A stretch of DNA of 64,000 nucleotides, from contig CBDCUI010000008.1 of assembly GCA_965222615.1 (NCBI GenBank), positions 640,001 through 704,000 on the forward strand, read 5' to 3'. Under the pieces are notes generated by a model. That model saw only the letters and a program-made list of their open reading frames with translations. It was not told the origin of the DNA and searched no databases. This document shows positions 19,305 through 29,126 of the stretch, piece by piece. Source of the stretch: Gammaproteobacteria bacterium. GTDB taxonomy: Bacteria; Pseudomonadota; Gammaproteobacteria; UBA4575. The translations under genes and the position numbers were made by a program. Every line of letters starts with the position of its first letter. Within the stretch, counting starts at the first letter, position 1.

Positions 19305-20909
19305 ATGGTTTCTCAGTTTTGGAAGCAGTTAAAGTTCTATATGTCTCAATGCTTGGGATTGCTTTACTTATCGTTAATACTGTTTTGTGGAGGCGAAGAA
19401 AATCTGTATGCAAAAAATGATCAAGATTTGATAATAAATAAAGAAGATATTTCCAAGACTGATTTTTTATCAAAAATTTCAACTGCAAATTTACTAAATG
19501 ATGAAGGAATTCATTCTTCAGGATTTAGTGAATTCAAATTTAAAGCAAGAGATGGCCGAATATTGCGTGTATACGTATATCGTGCAACGAAGTTTGACAG
19601 CGAAAATGGGCCCATATGGTTTGTGATGCATGGTGCGAGCCGTGATGCGCAAGGTTATTTGCAAATTGCAGCGTCAATCGCTGAACGTTATCAGGCTTTA
19701 TCTATTGCAATTGAATTTTCAAAAGAAAATTACCCTAAAGGTGACCAGTATACTTTAGGGGTTACAAAGTATGGACGCGTAAACGAATATGCTTATAAGC
19801 AAGGTCGTTGGCGCAATCCTGAAGAATTTTTGTATATTGAATTAGAGAGAGTGTTTTTGGCATTAATTTCTAAGCTAAACGGACATCAACAAGGCTATTT
19901 TGTTTTTGGGCATAGTGCTGGTGCGCAATTTACCCATCGCTTAATTACATTTAATCGTTATGCAAGTGTTGTTCATGCTGTTGCAGCAAATTCTGGGTGG
20001 TATACCTTGCCATTGTTTGAATTGGGCAAACAATATGCATTGCCTTATGGTTTGCGTGGAAGCCCTCTATCTCAATCAGATGTCAAAGAAATATTTAGTA
20101 AGAATCTTACTATTTTAGTAGGCACAGAGGATACTAAATCGCATCGTGAAGATGCACTTTTGAGGCACACGAGTGAGGCGATGACACAGGGTAAAACGCG
20201 TTATGAACGTGGTTTAAATTATTTCAACATCAGCAAGCGACATGCAACATCCTTGCAATCGGATTTTGTTTGGCGATTAGCTTATGCCCCAGGGGCCGGT
20301 CATAAGGCAAGAGAGGTCATGGCATCGGCTGCATTTCTAATGTTTTCTAAGGGTCAAACAGCTTGTAAGCCTTCGGCTTTTAAAAGTAGTGATTCGTTGC
20401 AGTTTAGTGAAATTCTTATTCATCCTCCACGTGATGATTATGGTGACTCAAATGCTGACGGTGAGCGTAGTGCAATAGAAGATGAATTTATTGAAATAAA
20501 AAATATTGGTGAATTACCAGTATGTTTGACAGGTTGGAAATTGGAGGATGGTCACGGCCGAGGAGGACATTTGTTTCCAATTGGATCTGCACTTAATCCG
20601 GGTGAAATGGTTGTGGTTTTTGGTGGGGGTATTCCAACTGGTAATTTTGGAAATTCTGAAGTTTACACGGCCAGTTCTAGTAGCGGCCTAAATTTAACAA
20701 ATAAAGGTGACAAAATCACACTGAAGGATTTGAATAATACAATTGTGAATCAAGTTTCTTGGGGGAATTGTGCAGGACTACACTGTGCAGATGAACATAT
20801 TGCATTGGATAAAAATTCATTAGGTTCTGTAGTAAATAACAAAAAAGAGAATAGTAATTGGCAAACACATTCGGAAATATCAAATCTACAGTTTTCACCA
20901 GGATTTTGA
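19305..20909 (+). CDS. Exported PahZ1-like alpha/beta hydrolase with C-terminal lamin-tail domain
   Basis: N-terminal hydrophobic segment; VMHGASRD, GHSAGAQFTHR, ANSGWYT, VGTED, QGKTRYERG, GAGH; then FSEIL..P..D.NADG...DEFIEIKN..LTGWKL (LTD). Confidence 0.78.
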   Translation: MVSQFWKQLKFYMSQCLGLLYLSLILFCGGEENLYAKNDQDLIINKEDISKTDFLSKISTANLLNDEGIHSSGFSEFKFKARDGRILRVYVYRATKFDSENGPIWFVMHGASRDAQGYLQIAASIAERYQALSIAIEFSKENYPKGDQYTLGVTKYGRVNEYAYKQGRWRNPEEFLYIELERVFLALISKLNGHQQGYFVFGHSAGAQFTHRLITFNRYASVVHAVAANSGWYTLPLFELGKQYALPYGLRGSPLSQSDVKEIFSKNLTILVGTEDTKSHREDALLRHTSEAMTQGKTRYERGLNYFNISKRHATSLQSDFVWRLAYAPGAGHKAREVMASAAFLMFSKGQTACKPSAFKSSDSLQFSEILIHPPRDDYGDSNADGERSAIEDEFIEIKNIGELPVCLTGWKLEDGHGRGGHLFPIGSALNPGEMVVVFGGGIPTGNFGNSEVYTASSSSGLNLTNKGDKITLKDLNNTIVNQVSWGNCAGLHCADEHIALDKNSLGSVVNNKKENSNWQTHSEISNLQFSPGF

Positions 20910-20972
20910 ATAAAGTGGTCTTAATTTGAGAAAGCCGAGTTATAAATTTAATTAAGGATTTCGTGAAATAAT

Positions 20973-23186
20973 ATGTCATTAGATACATCAATTTCAGGCA
21001 ATGAAAAAATAATTCGCAATCAATCCATGCAACTAATGGGAAGCACTATTTTGTATGGTAGTAATGTATATCATGAAGATACAGTTCTTCTGCAAAAGGT
21101 GCAGATGGGTATTTTACGCGGACAGTCTACCACATTAGCTGGTAAAGAATTCGCGCAGGATTATTTAGATCGCTTTATTAGTAAATTGAATGTTGTGCCG
21201 GCTTATAAATTTAATACTAATTTTCTAAATAAGCTACATTCTTCTGAAGGCGCAACATTTGAGGAAACGTTGTTAGAAAGTATTTTGAATATTGAAGCAG
21301 CAATTGCATATGTTACTCATGATTTTATACCAATTGAATTCACGAAGATTGTCGAGAAGTTTTCTTCTGATGAGGTATCACTAATCTGGGAATCTCATAA
21401 TCCGATTATATCTCGTGAAGCAGCAAAGGTTGCTCTCCATGGTTTGCTTGGTCTCCTGTCTAAAGAGATATGTGCAGGGTTAAGTTTACATAGTGTTAAT
21501 TTCGAACATTCATTCTCCAAATTAAAAGAACGAGCAAAAAAATGGCAAATCTCAACTACTACTTCAGTAATTTTGATGGAGGCAAGGCAAAGAAAAATTC
21601 CATATGAGACATTGGGGGCACCATTATTACGTTTAGGACAGGGTAATAAACAAAAGATGATATATGCATCTATACCTGAAAATACTTCATTTATAGCTGC
21701 TCATCTATGTAGAAATAAACGTAAATCAAATCGATATTTGATGCAACAGGATCTTCCAGTGCCCAAGCAAATTAAAGTAAATACTGTGGAGAAAGCTATA
21801 GAAGCTGCCAAAAGATTGGGTTTCCCTGTAGTTTTAAAGCCGATAAGAGGTAAACAGGCAAATGGTGTGACTGTGGGTTTGAATAGTAGTCAGGAGATAG
21901 CTCGCGCATTTAATCGTGCTCAAACAAGTTCTACTAACGTGATTATGGAAAAATTTGTTCAAGGTGATGTGTATAGACTGCTTGTTATAAACGGCAAATT
22001 TATAGCTGCATTAAAACTTGAACCACCCAGTGTAATTGGTGATGGTAGAAAGTCTATTTCTAAATTAATTGGGGAACTAAATAATGATTCACGTAGAAAT
22101 GATATTTTACTTTATAAAGTAGAAATTGATGATGAATTATTAGAAGTAATTGCTCGTAACAAGTATTCGCTTCATACAATTTTAAAGGAAGGTGAAATTC
22201 TTCGTTTACGTTCTGCGGCAAATGCTGCAATAGGTGGTTTCCATACCGATGTAACTGACATTGTGCATCCTGATAATCAGGAAATGGCAATACGTGCCGC
22301 TAATCTAATGGGGTTATCTGTAGGAGGTGTTGACTTTATCAGCAAAGATATAGGTAGTTCGTATAAAGAAATTGGCGGGAGCATTATAGAGATGAATGCC
22401 CGCCCTGGTTTTTGTATGCATACATATCCGAGATATGGCAAAACACAACCTGTTGCTAAAGCTATGCTTGATATGGTTTTTCCTGGTGGTGACAACGGCC
22501 AAATTCAGAAACTTATAGTAGTAGGATCTCGCCGAACCAATGCCATTGCTCAAAAAACGGAAAAAATAATCCATATGAAAGGCGTTTCAGTAGGTTTATT
22601 AACAAAAAGTAAAATTTGCATAAATAATCATTACGAAAAAATCGGTAAATCTAAAACACGTGTCGCTCTATATAGGTTATTGCGAAATCCAGCTGTAGAA
22701 AGTGTAATCACAACAACTTCACCTAATCGTATTGTTGAGAATGGTTTGCAGCTTTCTCGAGTTAATATAGCAGCGATTCTGAATTCAGAAGACAGTATAG
22801 ATCCTGAAACTTATCAACAGTGTATAGAGGTAATTGCAAAGTCTAAACCAAATACGATTATATTGGATGCAGAAAATCAAGCTGCATTAAAATGTTTGAA
22901 TGAAAAAGAGCATGAAAATATTGTATTAATTGCTATAGATACCAATATTGCAAACGCTGTGCTTAAAAATAATAAGCCCAACTTAATCATTATGAGAGAG
23001 AAAAAAGATATTCATGGGTCGATTGTTATACGAAATCAAGAAAGAATTCTAGGCAAAATACTGTTGAGAGAAATTGATTGTAAGAACATAGAAGAAGTGC
23101 GTCATGTAAAAAACAAAATGTTTTCTATAGCGATGGCATATTCATATGGAATCTCAATTAAGAAAATAAAACAAGCTTTACTATAG
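20973..23186 (+). CDS. Cyanophycin synthetase-like ATP-grasp ligase with degenerate Mur-ligase domain
   Basis: CphA-type N domain (GSNVY), RLGQGNKQK, GFPVVLKP, YRLLVING, VIGDG, DVTDIVHPDN, GVDF, EMNARPG. The Mur P-loop position reads VVGSRRTN instead of TGTNGKTT. Confidence 0.8.
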   Translation: MSLDTSISGNEKIIRNQSMQLMGSTILYGSNVYHEDTVLLQKVQMGILRGQSTTLAGKEFAQDYLDRFISKLNVVPAYKFNTNFLNKLHSSEGATFEETLLESILNIEAAIAYVTHDFIPIEFTKIVEKFSSDEVSLIWESHNPIISREAAKVALHGLLGLLSKEICAGLSLHSVNFEHSFSKLKERAKKWQISTTTSVILMEARQRKIPYETLGAPLLRLGQGNKQKMIYASIPENTSFIAAHLCRNKRKSNRYLMQQDLPVPKQIKVNTVEKAIEAAKRLGFPVVLKPIRGKQANGVTVGLNSSQEIARAFNRAQTSSTNVIMEKFVQGDVYRLLVINGKFIAALKLEPPSVIGDGRKSISKLIGELNNDSRRNDILLYKVEIDDELLEVIARNKYSLHTILKEGEILRLRSAANAAIGGFHTDVTDIVHPDNQEMAIRAANLMGLSVGGVDFISKDIGSSYKEIGGSIIEMNARPGFCMHTYPRYGKTQPVAKAMLDMVFPGGDNGQIQKLIVVGSRRTNAIAQKTEKIIHMKGVSVGLLTKSKICINNHYEKIGKSKTRVALYRLLRNPAVESVITTTSPNRIVENGLQLSRVNIAAILNSEDSIDPETYQQCIEVIAKSKPNTIILDAENQAALKCLNEKEHENIVLIAIDTNIANAVLKNNKPNLIIMREKKDIHGSIVIRNQERILGKILLREIDCKNIEEVRHVKNKMFSIAMAYSYGISIKKIKQALL

Positions 23187-23234
23187 GGATTGCTAAAGCT
23201 CTGGAATTTTTCCAAGGCTTTTAAAATAGGCAAA

Positions 23235-23408
23235 TTAGTTCTCTAAGGTGTCAGTAATAATGTGAGAATTCACAATGTCTATGCGTACAGACTAAAGAAT
23301 GACTAACACTTCATTTTGTTCTTGCTGACCAACTTTGTGTTTGTCGCAAGCGGCTAAAGCATCGTCTACGACAGCATTAAATTCCATTTCATTAATGTCT
23401 ATGTCTTT
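23235..23408 (-). pseudogene. 3' fragment of a truncated-hemoglobin paralog
   Basis: Reads [52 protein letters not shown], matching the C-terminus of 33686-34162 with Trp replaced by TAG. Confidence 0.9.
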
Positions 23409-23517
<109 letters not shown>

Positions 23518-23531
23518 GAAAACCAACCGAT

Positions 23532-23580
23532 TTGCCTAGCGGCAACAGAGCGTTGGTACCACCCGATACCATCCCGAACT
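23532..23580 (+). pseudogene. 5S rRNA 5' fragment
   Basis: TGCCTAGCGGCAACAGAGCGTTGGTACCACCCGATACCATCCCGAACT matches 13024-13071. Confidence 0.9.
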
Positions 23581-23960
23581 ATGCGTGCCGCATCCATGCG
23601 GCTGAATTTCATTCCTACATCCAGGTAGTCAGGCTTTTTATTTAGTGTAATTAGAGTAAAAAATTTAACTCAAGTATTATTTACTCCGAAAACACAAACT
23701 ATAAAGTTTGTAAGTAAACATAGGTTTACAAATAAATACGAGAAAGCAAGAAGCTAACATGATCTAACATCACAATTTATGTAATTACAAAACTGAATGA
23801 GGGATGGTGTTATAATTTGATCGAATAAGATCTATTTTTATATAAGATTGATTTTTTTCTATACTGGAAAAATAAATAGCGTAGAATAGAAGAAACGGTT
23901 TTTACAATATGAACACGCTGAGAGGGGAAAGGTTACGATCACTCTAAGCGCCAAAGGAAT

Positions 23961-24602
23961 ATGGCGATAGTCGGGAAATCTATAGGTCTGCTAGCTAGCG
24001 TTTTTGTCGCTGGGATTATTTTTTGGGGCGGATTCAATTGGTCTTTGGAATTAACCAATACAGAGTCGTTCTGCATTTCATGTCATGAGATGCAAGAATA
24101 TGTATATAAAGAATATAAGACGACTAGGCATTATTCCAATAACACAGGGGTAAGGGCTACTTGCCCTGATTGTCATGTGCCTAAAGAGTGGATTCATAAA
24201 GTAGTACGAAAGGTAAGTGCAACTAACGAGCTTTATCATAAGTTACTGGGCACTATCGATACGCCGGAAAAATTCAACAATAGACGTCCAAAGTTGGCAC
24301 AAATTGTGTGGGATAGTATGCGTGCTTCAGATTCCCGCGAATGTCGCAACTGTCATGGGCTTGAATTCATGAACCTTGAAACACAGGCTCTAGCCTCACG
24401 TACTATCCATAAACTCTCAATTGAATGGGGAAAAACCTGCATAGACTGTCACCAGGGCATAGCTCATACGCTGCCTACTGGTTTTAATAATGAAGCAGAA
24501 ATCAGCGATCAGCATGAACGAATAGAAAAACAAAATGTAGACTGTAGCCTTTGTCACGAAGGTCTGACTAAAGTCCCAGCCGACGATGGGTGGGAGGACT
24601 GA
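23961..24602 (+). CDS. napC: NapC/NirT family membrane-anchored multiheme cytochrome c
   Basis: TM anchor, TNTESFCISCHEM, CPDCH, CRNCH, CIDCH, plus a fifth CSLCH. Confidence 0.9.
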   Translation: MAIVGKSIGLLASVFVAGIIFWGGFNWSLELTNTESFCISCHEMQEYVYKEYKTTRHYSNNTGVRATCPDCHVPKEWIHKVVRKVSATNELYHKLLGTIDTPEKFNNRRPKLAQIVWDSMRASDSRECRNCHGLEFMNLETQALASRTIHKLSIEWGKTCIDCHQGIAHTLPTGFNNEAEISDQHERIEKQNVDCSLCHEGLTKVPADDGWED

Positions 24603-24655
24603 TTTGTAATGAGTTAATTCGGTTTATAGGACAGAAAAAACTGTATGCATATTGG

Positions 24656-24669
24656 TTGATTTATATCAA
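24656..24669. promoter_or_regulatory. FNR/CRP-family (FNR/DNR/NnrR) binding site
   Basis: TTGAT-TTAT-ATCAA, a perfect TTGAT-N4-ATCAA, upstream of the cytochrome c-molybdoenzyme operon. Confidence 0.7.
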
Positions 24670-25096
24670 CATGAATAATGGATAATTACCACATAATTTT
24701 TAGATAAGTCTATTAAGAATGGATTGCTATAAACTTGACTACGTTGATTTATCTATATGGTTTGTTATTTGCATTATGGATAATGGTAGTGTTGCTAAGG
24801 ATGAGTGTGCATAGAACACTAATCAAATTGCTCAATATGAGAATATAGATAGGGGGGTAAAAGTATTTATCAATGTTTCTGAGTTGTGAAGGGGAGACAA
24901 GCGCATTTACAGTGCTCATTACTGTCAAAAATCCTTCCAAAATTGCGCCCATATAACATGATACTTTCTAAAATTACATCTAGGCACAAATAGATCGATA
25001 CTGATATTCAACCTAAAAAATAATACTTTGTACTTGCAAAATATGAATGTAATTAGAAACGTAACACATTAGTTTTACTTCAACTTGGAGAATAGT

Positions 25097-25753
25097 ATGG
25101 TTAGTTATCAACACACTACAATTTGGTTTATTGCTCTAGTCATGCTTGTGGTTGGTTATTTTAATGTTGCTGCAGCTGCCGATGAGGCGACTATTAAAGA
25201 AGGTGAGCTACTTTACAATCAAAACTGTGGAGTTTGTCACCAAGCTGATGCAATTGGTAAGCCTGGATTTGCACCATCACTAACCAATAAAGAATTGCTA
25301 AGTGTTGCTTCGGACAAATTTTTCGAGAGTACTATTCGCGACGGACGTCCAGGTACTGGTATGCCACCGTTTGCACATTTGGGTCGTTCTAAAGTAAAAG
25401 CCATTGTTGTGTATCTACGTTCCCATAGCAAATTACCTGAACGTTCAGCGGAAGTAGATGCACAGCCAGATGCGCATGGAGATCCGCGCTTAGGTAAGCA
25501 ATGGTATGACAATATTTGTTCGACTTGTCATGGCGTGAACGGCGATGGTTATGCAGCCGGTGCCACTGGCACAGCAATTGGCACAGAAGGTTTTTTATCC
25601 AAAGTTTCTGATGGATTCATCCGTACCACAATCAAAGAAGGTCGCTCCAATACTCGAATGCTGGGATTTTCGGGAGCAAATGGTTTGGCCAATCTAACCG
25701 ATCAAGAAATCGACGACATTATTGTATATCTACGCACCTTAGCGAAAAACTAA
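25097..25753 (+). CDS. Periplasmic diheme class I cytochrome c
   Basis: Signal peptide; CGVCH and CSTCH, each followed by a distal Met (GMPPF, RMLGF); GGAG RBS before ATG 25097. Confidence 0.88.
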   Translation: MVSYQHTTIWFIALVMLVVGYFNVAAAADEATIKEGELLYNQNCGVCHQADAIGKPGFAPSLTNKELLSVASDKFFESTIRDGRPGTGMPPFAHLGRSKVKAIVVYLRSHSKLPERSAEVDAQPDAHGDPRLGKQWYDNICSTCHGVNGDGYAAGATGTAIGTEGFLSKVSDGFIRTTIKEGRSNTRMLGFSGANGLANLTDQEIDDIIVYLRTLAKN

Positions 25754-25766
25754 TGAGAGTTTAACT

Positions 25767-28496
25767 ATGAAACGTTATAAGCATACTTTTACACGACGCG
25801 AATTTTTAAAAAACAGTGCATTCATTACTGGAGCGTCAGCCAGTGCCGGTTTATTTGTCGGACAAAATCCTGAACTGGAAGCTGCTGAGCCTAGTGAGCA
25901 AGCATCTGCGAGTCGAACGACGGCTTTAGCTCAATGCCCTTATTGCGGTGTTGGTTGCGGCACCATTATACAAGTGGAAAACGGCAAGATTGTGTCTATG
26001 CGTCCGGACAAAGACCATCCTACGAACTACGGTTTGCAATGTATAAAAGGTTTAACCGCTGCCGAACCACTTTATGTCGATCGTATGGAAGGCGATTCTT
26101 ATGTACGCAAAGATGTTTGGGAAGAATGGAGCAAGCCTGGTCATGGCGATTTAGAATTTATCACCAAAAGTAAGGGTTCGTTTGACGAGGAACATTTTGT
26201 CCGTGTGCCATATCATGAGGCTTCGGAAATGGTGGCACACAAAATTGCCCATCTAGTGAAAAAATATGGTGGCAATTCTATTGCCCTGTATGGATCTGGT
26301 CAGCTCACCATGGAAGGTCAATATCTGGAAAACTTGTTCATGAAAGGTGTGCTGGGTTCTAACACCATTGAAGCCAATGCCCGTATGTGCATGACATCAG
26401 CAGTCACTGGATATTTTAAAACCCTTGGATCCGATACACCGCCATTAGCTTATGAAGATATTGAGTTGTGCGACATGATTATGCATTTTGGACACAATGC
26501 GCGCGAAGCTCACCCAATTGTTTTCTGGCGTGCTGCAGATCATAAAAAGAAAACAAACATTCCCACAGTAGTAGTCGATCCACGTCGTACTGGTACCGTG
26601 ATGGGCTACGAAGATATCAATCCCGATAACAGCGTACATGTCCCAGTTCTAAATGGTGATATTAGTTTTCTAAACTCAATTGCACATGTGTTACTGAAAG
26701 AACATGACGATGTGATTGATTGGGAATTCATTAAGGGTAATGCCACTGGCTGGGAAGAATATACACAAGGTGTGCTTAATGATTACAGTCCTGAACAGGT
26801 TCAGGATCGTATGGGCGGACCAAATCATGATGTTTCACCGGAATTAATAAGAAGAGTTGCTGCGATGTTTGCCGATGCTACACGCAAACGTCTCACACGT
26901 AGTAAAGGCAAGCAAGAACCAGACAAAGTCGGTGTCCCTGGAGGAGGAGGCTATGGTGGCGTCATCATCATGTGGGGCATCGGTTATAACCAACATATAC
27001 ATGGCCAGAATAATGTCATTTCCATTATCAATTTATTGGCCTTGACGGGTAATTTGGCCAAGCCAGGTTGTGGACCGTTTTCTATGACTGGCCAGCCCAA
27101 TGCCATGGGCGAGCGATTTACTGGCGGTTTGACTGGGAGATTACCGTTTAACATGCCATTGAAGGACGACAAGCATCGTGCACATATGGCGAAACACTGG
27201 CGTGTACCGGAGGAAAACTTAACTAATGCCATGAACTCTCAAAATCCGGGTATGGCTGTGGGCATGATGGAACGTGCATTGAGAGATGAAGTAAAAGCCA
27301 TGTTTATGGTCTACGCGACACATATAGATTTACCGGATGTTGAAAATCTAGTTCGTCCCGCGATGTCCAAGACCTTTAATGTGGTGCAGGAAATCTACCG
27401 CCACGCACCTAATAATTTATATGCAGATGTGATCTTTCCTGCCGCCACTTGGGGTGAAGTTTCTGGAATTTACATCAGTTCTGAGCGACGTCTCAACATT
27501 TGTGATCAGGCCGCGATGCCACCGAAAGGTTGTTTGCCGGATCTCGACATGGTGGTGGATAAAGGCAAGGAGATCGCTGATCTTTTAGGTATGGACGGTG
27601 AGGCAATCTTTCCTTGGAAGAAAGGCGAAAATGGATTTATCGATACCGAAGAAGTATTTCGTGATGTGATCCGTGCCTCCGCAGGCACCGATACCGACCT
27701 CACTGGAATTTTGGAAAGAGAAAAGATCGATGACATCTCTCCCTATGAGCAGATTCGGCAGTTGCGTGGTATTCAATGGCCCGCACCAACTTATGAGATT
27801 GCCAAATCCGGCGGTACCCACCGACGCTTCATGTTACAAGAGGGACAGTGGAAGAATAGGCCTTATGGTTATTTTCGTACTAAAGACGGTAAGGTTCACA
27901 TACAGTTATGCAAACAGGACTACAGTAATCGCAAAGAACTGACCGCCAAACTAATGGAATTCGGCCATAAGGAAGGTCTATATACCATCGATCATATTGC
28001 CTTATTGGAAGAAGCTCGCGATAAAGCGATCACACCCGATTTACCTGATGAAGAATTTCGAGGTAAAAATTGGCAGGAAGTTCCGGAAGATAAGTTTCCT
28101 TACTGGTTCGGTTTAGGTGTAGTGTACGAACATTTTCATACTGCCAAGTCAAACCGCAGTCCGACCACGCGACGGCTAGTACCGGAGATGTATGTAGAGA
28201 TGCATCCCGAAGATGCTAGTGATCTGGGTATAAAAGACGGTGACAAGGTACGAGTTATCACCCGACGCGGCTCATTGGAAGCGCGAGCTCAAGTAGGTAC
28301 TGATAGCTTAGTTAAGCCGTCTCGTAACGGCGTGCCGCGTGGCTATATGTTTGGTCCATGGAATCTGTCCGTGGCAGACAGTGCCGTACCAGAAAAAAAT
28401 AAGTGGCTAGCCAATCGAGTCACCAGTCGTGTGTGGGATCCAGTATCAGGTCAAGTCGATTTTAAAAAGTCGGCGGCCCGCATTGTGAAGTTGTAG
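25767..28496 (+). CDS. napA: Tat-exported molybdopterin oxidoreductase of the NapA/NasA nitrate reductase family
   Basis: TRREFLK Tat motif; CPYCGVGC...C [4Fe-4S]; YGSGQL; EANARMCM (Cys Mo ligand); FSMTGQPNAMG; DPVSGQ.DFK. Confidence 0.75.
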   Translation: MKRYKHTFTRREFLKNSAFITGASASAGLFVGQNPELEAAEPSEQASASRTTALAQCPYCGVGCGTIIQVENGKIVSMRPDKDHPTNYGLQCIKGLTAAEPLYVDRMEGDSYVRKDVWEEWSKPGHGDLEFITKSKGSFDEEHFVRVPYHEASEMVAHKIAHLVKKYGGNSIALYGSGQLTMEGQYLENLFMKGVLGSNTIEANARMCMTSAVTGYFKTLGSDTPPLAYEDIELCDMIMHFGHNAREAHPIVFWRAADHKKKTNIPTVVVDPRRTGTVMGYEDINPDNSVHVPVLNGDISFLNSIAHVLLKEHDDVIDWEFIKGNATGWEEYTQGVLNDYSPEQVQDRMGGPNHDVSPELIRRVAAMFADATRKRLTRSKGKQEPDKVGVPGGGGYGGVIIMWGIGYNQHIHGQNNVISIINLLALTGNLAKPGCGPFSMTGQPNAMGERFTGGLTGRLPFNMPLKDDKHRAHMAKHWRVPEENLTNAMNSQNPGMAVGMMERALRDEVKAMFMVYATHIDLPDVENLVRPAMSKTFNVVQEIYRHAPNNLYADVIFPAATWGEVSGIYISSERRLNICDQAAMPPKGCLPDLDMVVDKGKEIADLLGMDGEAIFPWKKGENGFIDTEEVFRDVIRASAGTDTDLTGILEREKIDDISPYEQIRQLRGIQWPAPTYEIAKSGGTHRRFMLQEGQWKNRPYGYFRTKDGKVHIQLCKQDYSNRKELTAKLMEFGHKEGLYTIDHIALLEEARDKAITPDLPDEEFRGKNWQEVPEDKFPYWFGLGVVYEHFHTAKSNRSPTTRRLVPEMYVEMHPEDASDLGIKDGDKVRVITRRGSLEARAQVGTDSLVKPSRNGVPRGYMFGPWNLSVADSAVPEKNKWLANRVTSRVWDPVSGQVDFKKSAARIVKL

Positions 28497-28537
28497 GTAA
28501 ACACTAGGACAAGCAAGAAGCTGTCCGCAAAGATACC

Positions 28538-29116
28538 ATGCAACGTCGGGCATTTTTAAAAACAGTTGGAACCAGCGTTGCCGCAGCGCTGCTTCCTTGT
28601 ACTTCTCATCCGACATCATCCAAAACGTCTTTACGTTATTTGCGGCCACCAGGTGCACTGCCTGAGAAAGAATTTTTAAACCATTGTATTCATTGCGGCC
28701 AATGTGGTGAAGCATGCCCGAATCGGTGTATAAATTATTTTGGACTTGAGAACGGCATCGCGTCAGTAGACACGCCCTATATCGTTCCCCGAGAGAAAGC
28801 TTGTATCTTGTGCATGAAGTGCGGCGAAGTATGTCCAAGCGGCGCGATACAAGAAATCATCCGTGAAGCCGAAGCCATTGTTGAGCAGGTCAACATGGGG
28901 CATGCCGTCGTGGATGAGAAATTGTGTTTATCGTATCAAGGCAAGACCTGCGGGGTATGCTATCGCGCTTGTCCATTGCCAGATATCGCCATACGTATAG
29001 GAATGCTCGAGCAACCACATGTGCTAGAAGGATGTGTGGGCTGTGGTTTATGTGAGCGCTCCTGTATACAAATGCCCCATGCAATAAGAATAGTTCCCAA
29101 TCGTAGCGCGGTGTGA
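28538..29116 (+). CDS. napG: NapG/MauM-family ferredoxin
   Basis: Tat motif RRAFLK; LRPPGA; four Cys clusters. Confidence 0.8.
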   Translation: MQRRAFLKTVGTSVAAALLPCTSHPTSSKTSLRYLRPPGALPEKEFLNHCIHCGQCGEACPNRCINYFGLENGIASVDTPYIVPREKACILCMKCGEVCPSGAIQEIIREAEAIVEQVNMGHAVVDEKLCLSYQGKTCGVCYRACPLPDIAIRIGMLEQPHVLEGCVGCGLCERSCIQMPHAIRIVPNRSAV

Positions 29117-29126
29117 GTGTTGTACG

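Noticed and set aside
20973-23186. Canonical cyanophycin storage locus (cphA-cphB)
   Set aside because: The Mur-domain P-loop is absent and no cyanophycinase is adjacent.
25767-28496. Formate dehydrogenase or selenoprotein (given mnmH nearby)
   Set aside because: No in-frame TGA; the active-site segment is NARMCM (nitrate-reductase type) rather than C/U-H.
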